A DNA stretch of 64,000 nt, taken from Macrostomum lignano (taxonomy: Eukaryota). Each line of letters opens with the position of its first letter. Positions within the stretch are counted from its first letter, which is position 1. The stretch is from assembly GCA_002269645.1 (NCBI GenBank), contig NIVC01000578.1:541202-605201 (forward strand). The letters run 5' to 3'. A program made the translations under genes and the position numbers. Below are positions 12,756 through 24,474 of the stretch, piece by piece. The notes below the pieces were generated by a model. The model saw only the letters and a program-made list of their open reading frames with translations, did not search any database and was not told where the DNA came from.

Positions 12756-13693
12756 ATGGCTGGGCGCGCAGCGGTAGCGAGCCTGCAGCAGGCATTCGAG
12801 CAGCAGAAGCAGCAGCTGCGGCGCCTCGGACTCGAACCTGCGCACTCCGGCGAAGACGAAAAAGAGGAGGAGGAGGCAGCGGAGCGCCGGGACGAGGAGA
12901 TGCCGGGCGGCGCGAGCGGAGGTGGCAAGAAGACCGAAGGCAGGGAGCTGAGGTGAGTCTGAGAAGCTTCGAGTCTGATGCTGCATCATTCGAGATGCTG
13001 TATTTACATGTATATCAATCATATCATGCCGCCGGACCCCCCGTCAGGCTGAAAATCAACAGCCGCGAGCGCAAGCGGATGCACGACCTGAACTCGGCGC
13101 TGGACGGCCTCCGGGAGGTGATCCCGTACGCCACGGGGCCGTCAGTGAAGAAGCTGTCGAAGATCGCCACCCTCCTGCTGGCCAAGAACTACATCCTGAT
13201 GCTGCAGAGCTCGCTTGATGAGATGAAGAAGCTGCTGTCAGAGGTCTACAAGCACCGGGGCGGCAGCGGCGGCGGGACTGGGGAGTCACCGCGGTCGACG
13301 CCAACTTCGCCGTCCGACTTGACGACTCCAGCGGCAGCAGCCGGGGCACCCGCAGTGACAGCGGCGCCACTGCCGCCGCCACCAGCGCCAACAACGTCAG
13401 CGACACCAATGCCTTCGACTCCCACCCCGGCGATGCTGCTGCCGCAGCCGCCAGCGATGCCGACGCACTCGCAGCAGCAGCAGCATCCATTTGCCGGAGG
13501 CCTATTCCCACCGCACCTGCTGTACCAGCAGCACCCGCTGCACTGCTGGTGCCCGGACTGCTCGCTGCAGCGCCATCACCTGCGACAGGCGGCTGCAGCT
13601 GCCGCGGCCGTGGCTGCCGCCGCTGCGATAGCCGCGCCGTCTTCGGCCAGTGCAGCGGGCGGCAAAGCAACCGGAAGCTGCTTCAGCGACTGA
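12756..13693 (+). CDS. Olig: Olig-family bHLH transcription factor; exons 12756-12952 and 13048-13693, about 280 aa
   Basis: Splicing AG|GTGAGT...CCGTCAG|G restores [55 protein letters not shown], which matches the Olig2/3 bHLH. C-terminal CWCPDC resembles the Olig/bHLHe22 CxCxxC motif. Confidence 0.92.
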
Positions 13694-14164
13694 CAGGCAA
13701 CTGCGGCTCGTGTAGCCTCGAAGGCTTTTGACTGAATGAACCAATCGAATAAACTGCTACTTGTGCAGCGCATATTCTGCTGTGTTGTGAAGTTCCATGC
13801 ACTAATAATACAGGCTAATGTTTAACTTGACTCTCCCGGCACTTTCTTGTCTGCATGTCAGTTTTGACACTTTATGCATCTACAGTTTTGTAGAAACTTT
13901 CTACTTACTTCTAAGTCACTCACTGCAGTAGCGCATTGGCACTAATGGCAACGAACTGCTGGCTCCGAGTTAGCGCAGCTTTGCTGTCAATAACAGTTTA
14001 AATATAAATAAGACAAAGCATTGCACCTACACCTGCTCCACTGAAGCCTTTTTCAAAATAAGACTTTCAAATTTCTTTAAAAATGAAACATTGGTGTCTT
14101 TTGCGCGATATACGGTTGCAATAGTTTCAAGTTGGTCATTTTCCACTGAAAAGTTAGTCTTCAT

Positions 14165-14401
14165 TTGCAACAATGACATTCTCTAATTTGCAACAATGAT
14201 ATTCTCTAATTTGCAACAATGACATTCTCTAATTTGCAACAATGACATTCTCTAATTTGCAACAATGACATTCTCTAATTTGCAACAATGACATTCTCTA
14301 ATTTGCAACAATGACATTCTCTAATTTGCAACAATGACATTCTCTAATTTGCAACAATGACATTCTCTAATTTGCAACAATGACATTCTCTAATTTGCAA
14401 C
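14165..14401. repeat. 23-bp minisatellite (AATTTGCAACAATGACATTCTCT)
   Basis: Tandem array. Confidence 0.95.
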
Positions 14402-15621
14402 AGAAACTTCGGGTACAACCAAGGTACCTGATATGCGAGTGGAGAAGGTACCTGAGAAAAAAGATTGTACTACGTTTACTATTACTACGGTACAGCTGTT
14501 AGTCGGTGAGTAAACCGCTAGAGGGAACTCATTGACCAGCCCTCAGGCTCAAAGCAGTGCTAATTGCAGTCATTCGCAAGTGAACAGTGCGGCTAATCCT
14601 CCAGTTCAAGACTCGCTGACCCGGGGGACTCGCATCTCTCAAGTGTCAAAACAGCGCGCCGAGGCTAATTAAACTGCCTGGAGGATATGACAGCCGCCGG
14701 GGAACCCTCGAGAGCTGGGCGGACCGCCCGCTGCGCCTCGCCTCTCGGAACTTTCTCCCCCCGCCTTTCAAACAGGCGAGTCCGAATCCCCCGCTATCCG
14801 TCCGGACGGCAGGGCGGACAGACGGCGGGTGGACGCCGGTCTGTTTGCAAACTGATTAGTCTGAATGACGCGGGCCTGAGAGCTGCTCAGCAGACGCGAG
14901 AGCTGGCTAGGAACCAGGGCGGGTCGGGACCTCCGCGACCCCCGCCACCGCTGCGATCTCCAGCGCACTGCAGGCAGGGCCGGCCCAATTAAAGTGTGTA
15001 GCGTGAGGCGGCCGGCCCCGCGCTGAGCTCGCAGCGGGGGGCCAACAGGAGCCACCCGGCGGCGATTAAAATTGGGCCATCGAGCGGCCAATCTGGACGG
15101 ACCGGCTTCGCCCGCTCAGCGAGAGTGGCCCGGCAAGATTAAAAGCAAGCATTTCATTTCTACCTTTCAGAGCTTCCGGCCCGCTGCCTCACTTCAAAGA
15201 GGATGCAGCAAATACAGTAGGGCACCGATCTTTGTTGCTGGCTGACCCCTGGAGTTCGCCACAAAGACTATTAGCTCGAATTTTTAAGTCAGGAAGCAAG
15301 CAGGCCAAACTGAAAAGGAAATCGCTGACATATGCGTTTGAGCAAATGCAGCTTGACGACCAAAACCGCATGGCAACTCGGACTGCCTAAAATATAAGAA
15401 CTGTTGGTCCCCGCTCACACACTCGGGCTCCACTGAAGCATTGCTGATCGCTTATTATGGTGACTTGGGCTTCAATGGCGGCTCGCATTGCGCGGGAGAT
15501 GCCGCGACTGAGCGAGTGCTCCGTGTGGCAAAAGCAAGGCAAGGAGGTTCCATGGAAGAAATATCACGTAAACTAAAACACCAATATTCATATTTTTGTT
15601 TCGTAGAAACGTTCCGATTGT

Positions 15622-15985
15622 TGACTCAATGATCGCCCCATAAACTGACTCAGTGACTCAATGATCGCCCCATAAACTGACTCAGTGACTCAATGATCGC
15701 CCCATAAACTGACTCAGTGACTCAATGATCGCCCCATAAACTGACTCAGTGACTCAATGATCGCCCCATAAACTGACTCAGTGACTCAATGATCGCCTCA
15801 TAAACTGACTCAGTGACTCAATGATCGCCCCATAAACTGACTGAGTGACTCAATGATCGCCCCATAAACTGACTGAGTGACTTATTGATCGCCCCATAAA
15901 CTGACTCAGTGACTTATTGATCGCCGCATAAACTGACTCAGTGACTTATTGATCGCCCCATAAACTGACTCAGTGACTTAATGAT
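15622..15985. repeat. 32-bp minisatellite (GACTCAATGATCGCCCCATAAACTGACTCAGT)
   Basis: Contiguous units with no spacers. Confidence 0.95.
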
Positions 15986-16165
15986 CACCCTATAACAAAA
16001 TAATAACAAAGTAAAAGCAGAGAAGGTTTCGCGTTAGATTTTTTGTATCCAATTAGACTCAGCCAGTTAAACAAAGCAGATTCAGTGTATTTGGCTCAGC
16101 CTGACAATTTCTGTCACAGAGCGGCACACAAACAGTTCCGGGTTTCTGCAATGCAAATTCAATTC

Positions 16166-18661
16166 TTAAGCGACCAGCACGCAGGAGCCGCCGACCTTCT
16201 TGATCTTCTCCTCGGCCTTCTTGCTGAAGAATTTCGCCTTCACGATGACCGGCACCTTCGGCATGTTGCCCTTGCCCAGCACCTTGAAGAAGCCCTGCGG
16301 GTGAGCACAAAATACAATAGGATACAGCGATTGTTGCGTGTCATTCCATGGTGTGAAACAGTTTTGAGGGCCGATCCCATGGTGTGGGACAGTTTGAAGG
16401 CAGATCCCATGGTGTGGGACAGTTTTGAGGGCCGATCCCATGGTGTGGGACAGTTTTGAGGGCCGATCCCATGGTGTGGGACAGTTTTGAGGGCCGATCC
16501 CATGGTGTGGGACAGTTTGAAGGCAGATTCCATGGTGTGGGACAGTTTGAAGGCAGATCCCATGGTGTGGGACAGTTTTGAGGGCCGATCCCATGGTGTG
16601 GGGCAGTTCGAAGGCAGATTCCATGGTGTGGGACAGTTTTGAGGGCCGATCCCATGGTGTGAAACAGTTTTGAGGGCCGATCCCATGGTGTGGGACAGTT
16701 TGAAGGCAGATCCCATGGTGTGGGACAGTTTTGAGGGCCGATCCCATGGTGTGGGACAGTTTTGAGGGCCGATCCCATGGTGTGGGGCAGTTTGAAGGCA
16801 GATTCCATGGTGTGGGACAGTTTGAAGGCAGATCCCATGGTGTGGGACAGTTTTGAGGGCCGATCCCATGGTGTGGGGCAGTTCGAAGGCAGATTCCATG
16901 GTGTGGGACAGTTTTGAGGGCCGATCCCATGGTGTGAAACAGTTTTGAGGGCCGATCCCATGGTGTGGGACAGTTTGAAGGCAGATCCCATGGTGTGGGA
17001 CAGTTTTGAGGGCCGATCCCATGGTGTGGGACAGTTTTGAGGGCCGATCCCATGGTGTGGGGCAGTTTGAAGGCAGATTCCATGGTGTGGGACAGTTTGA
17101 AGGCAGATCCCATGGTGTGGGACAGTTTTGAGGGCCGATCCCATGGTGTGGGGCAGTTCGAAGGCAGATTCCATGGTGTGGGACAGTTTGAAGGCAGATT
17201 CTATGGTGTGGGGCAGTTTGAAGGCAGATTCCATGGTGTGGGACAGTTTGAAGGCAGATTCCATGGTGTGGGGCAGTTTGAAGGCAGATTCCATGGTGTG
17301 GGACAGTTTGAAGGCAGATTCCATGGTGTGGGACAGTTTGAAGGCAGATTCCATGGTGTGGGGCAGTTTGAAGGCAGATTCCATGGTGTGGGACAGTTTG
17401 AAGGCAGATCCCATGGTGTGGGACAGTTTTGAGGGCCGATCCCATGGTGTGGGACAGTTTTGAGGGCCGATCCCATGGTGTGGGACAGTTTTGAGGGCCG
17501 ATCCCATGGTGTGGGACAGTTTTGAGGGCCGATCCCATGGTGTGGGACAGTTTGAAGGCAGATTCCATGGTGTGGGACAGTTTGAAGGCAGATCCCATGG
17601 TGTGGGACAGTTTTGAGGGCCGATCCCATGGTGTGGGGCAGTTCGAAGGCAGATTCCATGGTGTGGGACAGTTTGAAGGCAGATTCTATGGTGTGGGGCA
17701 GTTTGAAGGCAGATTCCATGGTGTGGGACAGTTTGAAGGCAGATTCCATGGTGTGGGACAGTTTGAAGGCAGATTCCATGGTGTGGGGCAGTTTGAAGGC
17801 AGATTCCATGGTGTGGGACAGTTTGAAGGCAGATTCCATGGTGTGGGACAGTTTGAAGGCAGATTCCATGGTGTGGGGCAGTTTGAAGGCAGATTCCATG
17901 GTGTGGGGCAGTTTGAAGGCAGATTCCATGGTGTGGGGCAGTTTGAAGGCAGATTCCATGGTGTGGGACAGTTTGAAGGCAGATTCCATGGTGTGGGGCA
18001 GTTTGAAGGCAGATTCCATGGTGTGGGACAGTTTGAAGGCAGATTCCATGGTGTGGGACAGTTTGAAGGCAGATTCCATGGTGTGGGGCAGTTTGAAGGC
18101 AGATTCCATGGTGTGGGACAGTTTGAAGGCAGATTCCATGGTGTGGGGCAGTTTGAAGGCAGATTCTATGGTGTGGGGCAGTTTGAAGGCAGATTCTATG
18201 GTGTGGGGCAGTTTGAAGGCAGATTCTATGGTGTGGGGCAGTTTGAAGGCAGATTCTATGGTGTGGGGCAGTTTGAAGGCAGATTCCATGGTGTGGGACA
18301 GTTTGAAGGCAGATTCCATGGTGTGGGGCAGACTTACGGCCTGAACGCAGTCAATAACGGGCACTTTGCCCTCCTTGTTTCCATCCTTATACTTGTCGTA
18401 GGTCTGCTGAGAGACCAGAGACCAGAGCTTGTCGGTGTTGACAGCCGGGCAGTAGTAGGGATTCCGCCTGAGATGGAAGTGGCGCATGCCAACCTTGCCG
18501 AAGTAGCCGGGGTGGTACTTGTCAAAGTTGGTGCGGTGGTGGTGGGCGCCGCCGGCGTTACCGCGGCCGCTGGGGTGCTTGCGGTGCTTGCCAATCCGGC
18601 CGTGGCCGTGCGACACGTGGCCGCGCAGCTTGCGGGTCTTTGTGGGCTTCAGCTTGGACAT
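16166..18661 (-). CDS. RPL27A: 60S ribosomal protein L27a (uL15); exons 18661-18338 and 16294-16166, 150 aa
   Basis: [50 protein letters not shown] and [35 protein letters not shown]. Phase-0 intron GCC|GTAAGT...CCGCAG|GGC. Confidence 0.97.
16345..18331. repeat. 30/31-bp minisatellite filling the RPL27A intron
   Basis: Units GTTTGAAGGCAGATTCCATGGTGTGGGGCA and GTTTTGAGGGCCGATCCCATGGTGTGGGACA. Confidence 0.97.
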
Positions 18662-18819
18662 GGCGGACCGGCCTGGAGCTGCAAATTCAGTTGGCGGTTT
18701 CCGAAATTAAAATTTGCCTTTTTTGTTTAGATTCCTACTTGTAGTAGGCACGTGCGAACAAAAAAAGTTAAGGCCAAACAGAGTGATTGACTTGTCAACA
18801 CAGCTTATTTTTAACCATA

Positions 18820-19210
18820 AGGATCTGAGGCTGGCCCAGCAACTGAGGATCTGGGAGGCTGGCCCAGCAACTGAGGATCTGGGAGGCTGGCCCAGCAACT
18901 GAGGATCTGGGAGGCTGGTCCAGCAACTGAGGATCTGAGGCTGGCCCAGCAACTGAGGATCTGGGAGGCTGGCCCAGCATCTGGGGATCTGGTAGGCTGG
19001 CTGCCCAGCAACTGAGGATCTGGGAGGCTGGCCCAGCAACTGAGGATCTGGGAGGCTGGCCCAGCAACTGAGGATCTGAGGCTGGCCCAGCAACTGAGGA
19101 TCTGAGGCTGGCCCAGCAACTGAGGATCTGAGGGTTGCCCAGCAGTTGAGGATCTGAGGGTTGCCCAGCAGCTGAGGATTTAGGAGGGTGGTCCAAGAAC
19201 TGAGGATCTG
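18820..19210. repeat. About 28-bp minisatellite between EIF2A and RPL27A
   Basis: CTGAGGATCTGGGAGGCTGGCCCAGCAA units with variants. Confidence 0.93.
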
Positions 19211-19433
19211 GGAGGGTCTTGGGACATCAGGTGTCGGTGGCTCAGCTTATTTCCTATTCATAAACAGTAAATACAAACAGGAGCAAAAAGCACCAAATCT
19301 CACAATGCAATCTCACAAGAAACAAAACAAAAACGGGAACAAAAGTCCAAATTATATTTCCTTCTCTCAAGCGGCAGCAAACAGAAATAGGAGCAGTTAT
19401 TATGAGTCGGAATCTCAGTCAGAACATCGGGGG

Positions 19434-22114
19434 TCACAGGTACAGCTCATCCAGCTTCTGCCGCAGCTCGTCCTCAGTTTTGAGCTTCTCCATCTGGTTG
19501 AGCTCCAGCTGCTTGCCGGCCGCCTGGTCAGCGCGCAGCTTGTCAATCTGCTGCAGCTTGCGCAGGATGGCCTTGGCCCGCTTGTCCTTCTCGGCGTCTC
19601 CCGTGGACTCGAAGCTGGCCAGCGCTCCGCCACCGCCAGGCTGCTCGCCAGCCGCAGCGGCCTCGGGAGCGCCAGCGGTTGCGGCGGCCCGCTTGCGCTC
19701 TTTCTTGCGCTGGTTCTTCACGGCCGCCTTGCTGAGGCCGCCGGCCGCGCCGTCAGCCGCCGGCCGCTGATTGGACGGCAGCTCGTAGTTGTGCAGCTGC
19801 TGCTGCTGGCGCGGCTGGGCCTGCTGGCTGGCCGAGCCAGAGTCCCGGTTGCGCAGGTGCGGCGGCACGTACCTGCGGGCCCGGTCGGGGGATTGAGGAA
19901 ATTGACAGAATCAGCTACTACTGAAAAAGTAGCAAGGAAAGAATGCGAGCATCCTATTGTGTGACATTGCAAAACAGTGGCACTAATGCGATTCGCATGT
20001 AAACAGTATGCGTGAAACTCCAGGTCATGTGGCGGACTTTCTTAAGAGTCATTTCTTGAGTTTCCTATAATCTGGACTTGAGCCCCCTAAGTTAATGTCT
20101 CATAAACATTTAATTTGGAACAAAACCATCACACATTTGAGCAGCTCTTCACTGGACAATGATAATCCTTCAGAATCAAAGACAAGCTGCTCACCGAGTC
20201 GCCTGGGTCTGCTGCGTGATGGCCTGGAACGACTTGCTGGTGTCGTAGCGCAGCTTGGGCGGCTCGCAGGCGGGTTGGGGCCGCCAGGCCACCTCCAGCA
20301 GGCAGTCGAAGTCGCGCCTGGCCATCACCTTGCCCGAGTAGTGGTACACGGTCAGGCAGTTGTTCACCCGCAGCCTGGGCGAAGTGGTGGCCGCAACAAA
20401 GTGCACGCCGTCCGAGCACCACTGGAACTGCGTGGCGTCCGGCACGAGCAGCTTGGCCATGAGGCGCTTGTTGGCGAAGTCCCACAGCTCAACGTCGCCT
20501 TTGAGATTGCCGAAGCCGGCCAGGCACAGGATGTTGCCGAACGGGTTAAAGTAGGTCACGTTGCGGGGCCCCGTGCCGAAGTCGAAGACGGGCTCGCAGC
20601 GCAGGTTGTACACGGTGGTCTTGGCGGGCATGGAGCCGGCGGTCACCACGAACTGGGTGCAGTCCGGGTGCCACTCCGTGTGGTAGATCGGGCCGGCCTT
20701 CTGCAGCGGCACGGCGCAGGACTCGCCCCGCACAGACAGGTAGTGCAGGCCCTGCTCACCGTAATAGGAGTCCTTCGACACCTCCGAGGCAGTCAGCAGC
20801 AGCAGGTCGGTGCCGCGCCGGTTCCACTGGAAGCTGACGCTCTCGGCTTTGTAGAGGGACTTGTTGGCCACGGGGGCGGTCGGGCTGAGGTCCGGGTAGC
20901 GGAACACCCGGACACTGTGCGGCTGGCCGCGGCTGCCCGGGATGAAGGCGGCCACGTGGCAGGCGTCCGAGCGGCCGGGGGACATGGAGTACGCGGCCAG
21001 GCCCGCGATGGACAGCCGGCAGCGCATGCTTGAAAAGTCTCGGTCCTGGAACAGTTTGAGCAGTAGTGGGATTCAAACTGATTGGAGCTCAAACTGAGGG
21101 GAACTCAAACTGATTGCAACTCAAACTGATTGCAACTCAAACTGATTGCAACTTAAACTGATTGCAACTCAAACTGATTGGAACTCAAACTGATTGGAAC
21201 TCAAACTGAGTGGGATTCAAACTGATTGGAACTCAAACTGATTGGAACTCAAACTGATTGGAACTCAAACTGATTGGAACTCAAACTGATTGGAACTCAA
21301 ACTGATTGGAACTCAAACTGATTGCAACTCAAACTGATTGAACTCAAACTGATTGGAACTCAAACTGATTGGAACTCAAACTGATTGGAACTCAAACTGA
21401 TTGGAACTCAAACTGATTGGAACTCAAACTGAGTGGGATTCAAACTGATTGCAACTCAAACTGATTGCAACTCAAACTGATTGGAACTCAAACTGATTGG
21501 AACTCAAACTGAGGGGAACTCAAACTGAGTAGGATTCAAGCCACTCAATTTCTGAGTTAATCAGAAGTCATCAAGCTACTCAAACTGAAGCTGACCGGAA
21601 CTAGGAGCCACAGGAAATGAATCAAAATGCTACACAATTAGAATCCAGCCACAAAGGCGCACCTGATAACAGTGGACCTCCCCGGTGACGCCGCGAGCGC
21701 ACACAACGCTGTCCTCAGTCCAAGACGGTCGCCAAGTGTCGGCCTTCTTGTGCACAAATGACTTGAGCAATTTCCCAGTGCTAGAGTCGTACAGATTCAT
21801 ATTGGGCGAGCCCTGCGGATTGTCGCTGGTGACGGCGTACTGCTCCCACACGGCCAGCACCGTGCCGCAGGGCGAGAATGCCAGCTGGGCGGCCTTGGGG
21901 TGCGGCAGGTCAACAGTAGAGTTGGCGGCCAGACTGCGCACTTTCACACCTGCGCTGTTGCAGTGGGCAAAGAATTCGCCATTGGCGCTGTAAGCCAGGC
22001 AGCGGCAGGCGCCCGTGCCGTCACTGGCGAGGCTGCGCAGCGCGTCCTGGGCGCCCTGGCTGGCGCCATCGGATGGTACAAAGCGCTCAGTTTTCAGGCC
22101 GTGTTGAAATCGAT
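19434..22114 (-). CDS. EIF2A: Eukaryotic translation initiation factor 2A; exons 22114-21663, 21045-20195, 19872-19434; short first exon not securely located (candidate ATG at 22201)
   Basis: LKSFVHKK...W.PSW.ED...CAR, SYYGEQGLHY, FDFGTGPRN..Y.NP.G.IL.LAGFGNL.G, PRLRVNN, YVPPHLRN, and the C-terminal GKQLE.NQ.EK helix. Canonical GT-AG junctions are in compatible phases. Confidence 0.93.
21068..21540. repeat. 16-bp minisatellite in an EIF2A intron (GGAACTCAAACTGATT)
   Basis: Tandem array. Confidence 0.95.
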
Positions 22115-22483
22115 CTGTTTCAATTTGGGAATTGATTGGAGGTTTAGAAACACTGAAGCAGTATGGATTAGCACTTGCTGTCTCTCTAAACCAATAAACA
22201 TAAGGCATATGTAAATACCACAATTTACTGCTTAAGAATTGTAAACCAAAATTGGAACAAATATCTGGCAATTAGAATGTTACTGTTTTTCTATTTTCTT
22301 TCCTAATTGAAAAATTAACTCCAAAATTAAAAACATTTTTACAATATTTTGCCTATTGACTAAAACTTATGGCAAAAAAATCAATAAGCACAAAGACTTT
22401 TGTGCAGGTTGACAATTACACTTTTTTCCTTTTGTATGCCATCATTGCCATGCATGCTGAGGTTTTAGAATGTACACCAGAAA

Positions 22484-23703
22484 TAGTGATGGACCGAATG
22501 TGGATTTTTGCAAGTTTCCGAAACCGAATCCGAATGTACAAAAAAAATCCGAATCCGAATCCGAATGTTTCCGAATGTAAGCAAAGTGTCAGGTAAACGG
22601 CGGGAGTAACTATGACTCTTTTAATTTACGAAAATGTCTCGTCATCTAATTAGTGCGCACATAAATTGACTGACAAGATTCCATCTCTCCTGGGATTATA
22701 TTCGTACTCGTACTTTTATCTTAGGGGTCGGATGTGGTCACAATCGTGAATTCAGGACCATTTTTTCACAATAGTGATTTTGTTGAAACCTGTTCCAACA
22801 CTTGTGAATTTCTGCTTACGTTTTTATTAGAAATATAACTTTTCTACTTGATTTACCAAAAAACGTGAACACAAATGTGTAAAGAATTAACAAATTTTAA
22901 ATTTGTTGACTTGACAGCATTACGGCCGAGTAGCTATTATCAATATACGAGTATGATTTATTTTCTTGTTTGTTATTTTCAACACTTGTAACTTACGAGC
23001 TCAATATACATGTATGCTAATATAAATTCACAATCACAATCACGCCTGACTTGAAAAATTCACGCATGACCAAAATCTTCTACTTGTCCAACCTCTACTG
23101 ATATCTATTGCGAAACAAAATTTAAAGAGATGGACTTAGATAGGAAATTCAGTTCTACTTCTACCGTGTTACATGAACATCTAATTCTAGTACTACTGAC
23201 TATAGCAAATGAGTGACATATATATATATATACAGTGCAATTATGATAATTTTAACGTACGTACATAGTCCATGTGACCCGTGCAGTTGCAATTTTGCAT
23301 TTTGAAAAAACCTGTTATTACACTTAAACAATAATTACCAAACTATTTCCGTAACTTTAGGTTTATTGTCTTACGGGTCCCTAGGTTTAGTAAATTTACT
23401 TATTCAACTTTTTTTAAACATATATTGCTGCAAAAATAGACAATCGTAGAAAAAAAGAATAACGTGATAGATTTTGCTCTTTGCCTTTTAATTTTCTTTC
23501 TTTTTAGTTTTTAGTTTCTTTATTTAACGGGTTGCATGCTTTGGTTTCTTGATTTGTAATATTTATTTTAGATTTGAATTTTAGAAGCACATTTGGAAAT
23601 ATTTGGAAAAAAAATTTCCGAATCCGAAGCATTCGGATTCCTATAAAAGTAAGACTTTTTTTCGGATTCGGATTCCGAATCCGAATATTCGGATCCATCA
23701 CTA
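22484..23703. mobile_element. Non-autonomous hAT-type DNA transposon, copy 1 (1220 bp)
   Basis: TIRs TAGTGATGGACCGAAT / ATTCGGATCCATCACTA. Perfect 8-bp TSD ACCAGAAA at 22476-22483 and 23704-23711. Subterminal CCGAAT repeats. An 8-bp TSD is characteristic of hAT. Confidence 0.88.
22592..22682 (+). other. 28S rDNA-derived fragment inside the hAT element (not a functional rRNA gene)
   Basis: GGTAAACGGCGGGAGTAACTATGACTCT matches the conserved 28S sequence exactly, followed by degenerate ...CTCGTCATCTAATTAGTG...AGATTCC. A weaker continuation may lie at about 23084-23140. Confidence 0.85.
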
Positions 23704-23791
23704 ACCAGAAAATGATAGCATTCACTACATCTTCCATAATATAGTACTAGTATTAATATCAGCTTAATTAAGTTGTTAATAATTTAATACT

Positions 23792-24318
23792 GAGAGCTAT
23801 CAACATTTCAGATTTTATTTGAGACAAGATTCAAGACAACACAAGACAAGATGCAATTCTAAAATTCATTTTTTAGTCTGCTATTATATACCTTGTCAAA
23901 AAACTAAAATAATAACTAAAAGAAAACATATACAAGCTCATATATAACCATGTTTGTTAATTGACTAAAACTGCCTGACATTAGCCAGAACTTGAATTTT
24001 TCAAAATTACCTTACTGATTATCATTCATGCTAAAACATATGCCAGGTAATTTGCATTTTGATCAAAAATTAAATTGCTTGGCCAGTGTAAATCAAGAGG
24101 TTGCACATGTATATTAAGCATAATACAACAAACAGGTATATTTATAAAAAAAATTTGTCTTTTTATTTCTCATCCCCCCATTTTTAAATGTAAATATTAA
24201 AAAAATTATTGAATCTTGTTTTGAAATTTTTTCAAGAAACTTAAGAGATTTCTTGAGACAAGAAAAAATTGAGACCTTAACTTGAATCTTATCTCATTGA
24301 GATTTTATGATGCCTCTA
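23792..24318. mobile_element. Possible older hAT-like MITE
   Basis: Degenerate termini GAGAGCTATC / GATGCCTCTA, near-TSD TTAATACT / TTAATATT, and TGAGACAAGA motifs at both ends. Confidence 0.35.
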
Positions 24319-24474
24319 TTAATATTAATTTTTATCATTTTTATATATTAATATTATATTTAACAAAAAATAATGTCAATGATATAAAAAATCACTCATA
24401 TATATTATTCCAAATCATTTTACTTTTATATTAAGGTCTAAAGCAAAAGGTCAAGCAAATTATTATATTTAGAA

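Noticed and set aside
15622-18331. 30-33-bp repeats (also 45740-46160) as CRISPR arrays
   Set aside because: The units are contiguous with no unique spacers, there are no cas genes, and the context is eukaryotic.
22592-22682. Functional 28S rRNA gene or an R2 element
   Set aside because: Only about 90 degenerate nt are present, with no flanking rDNA and no R2 ORF.
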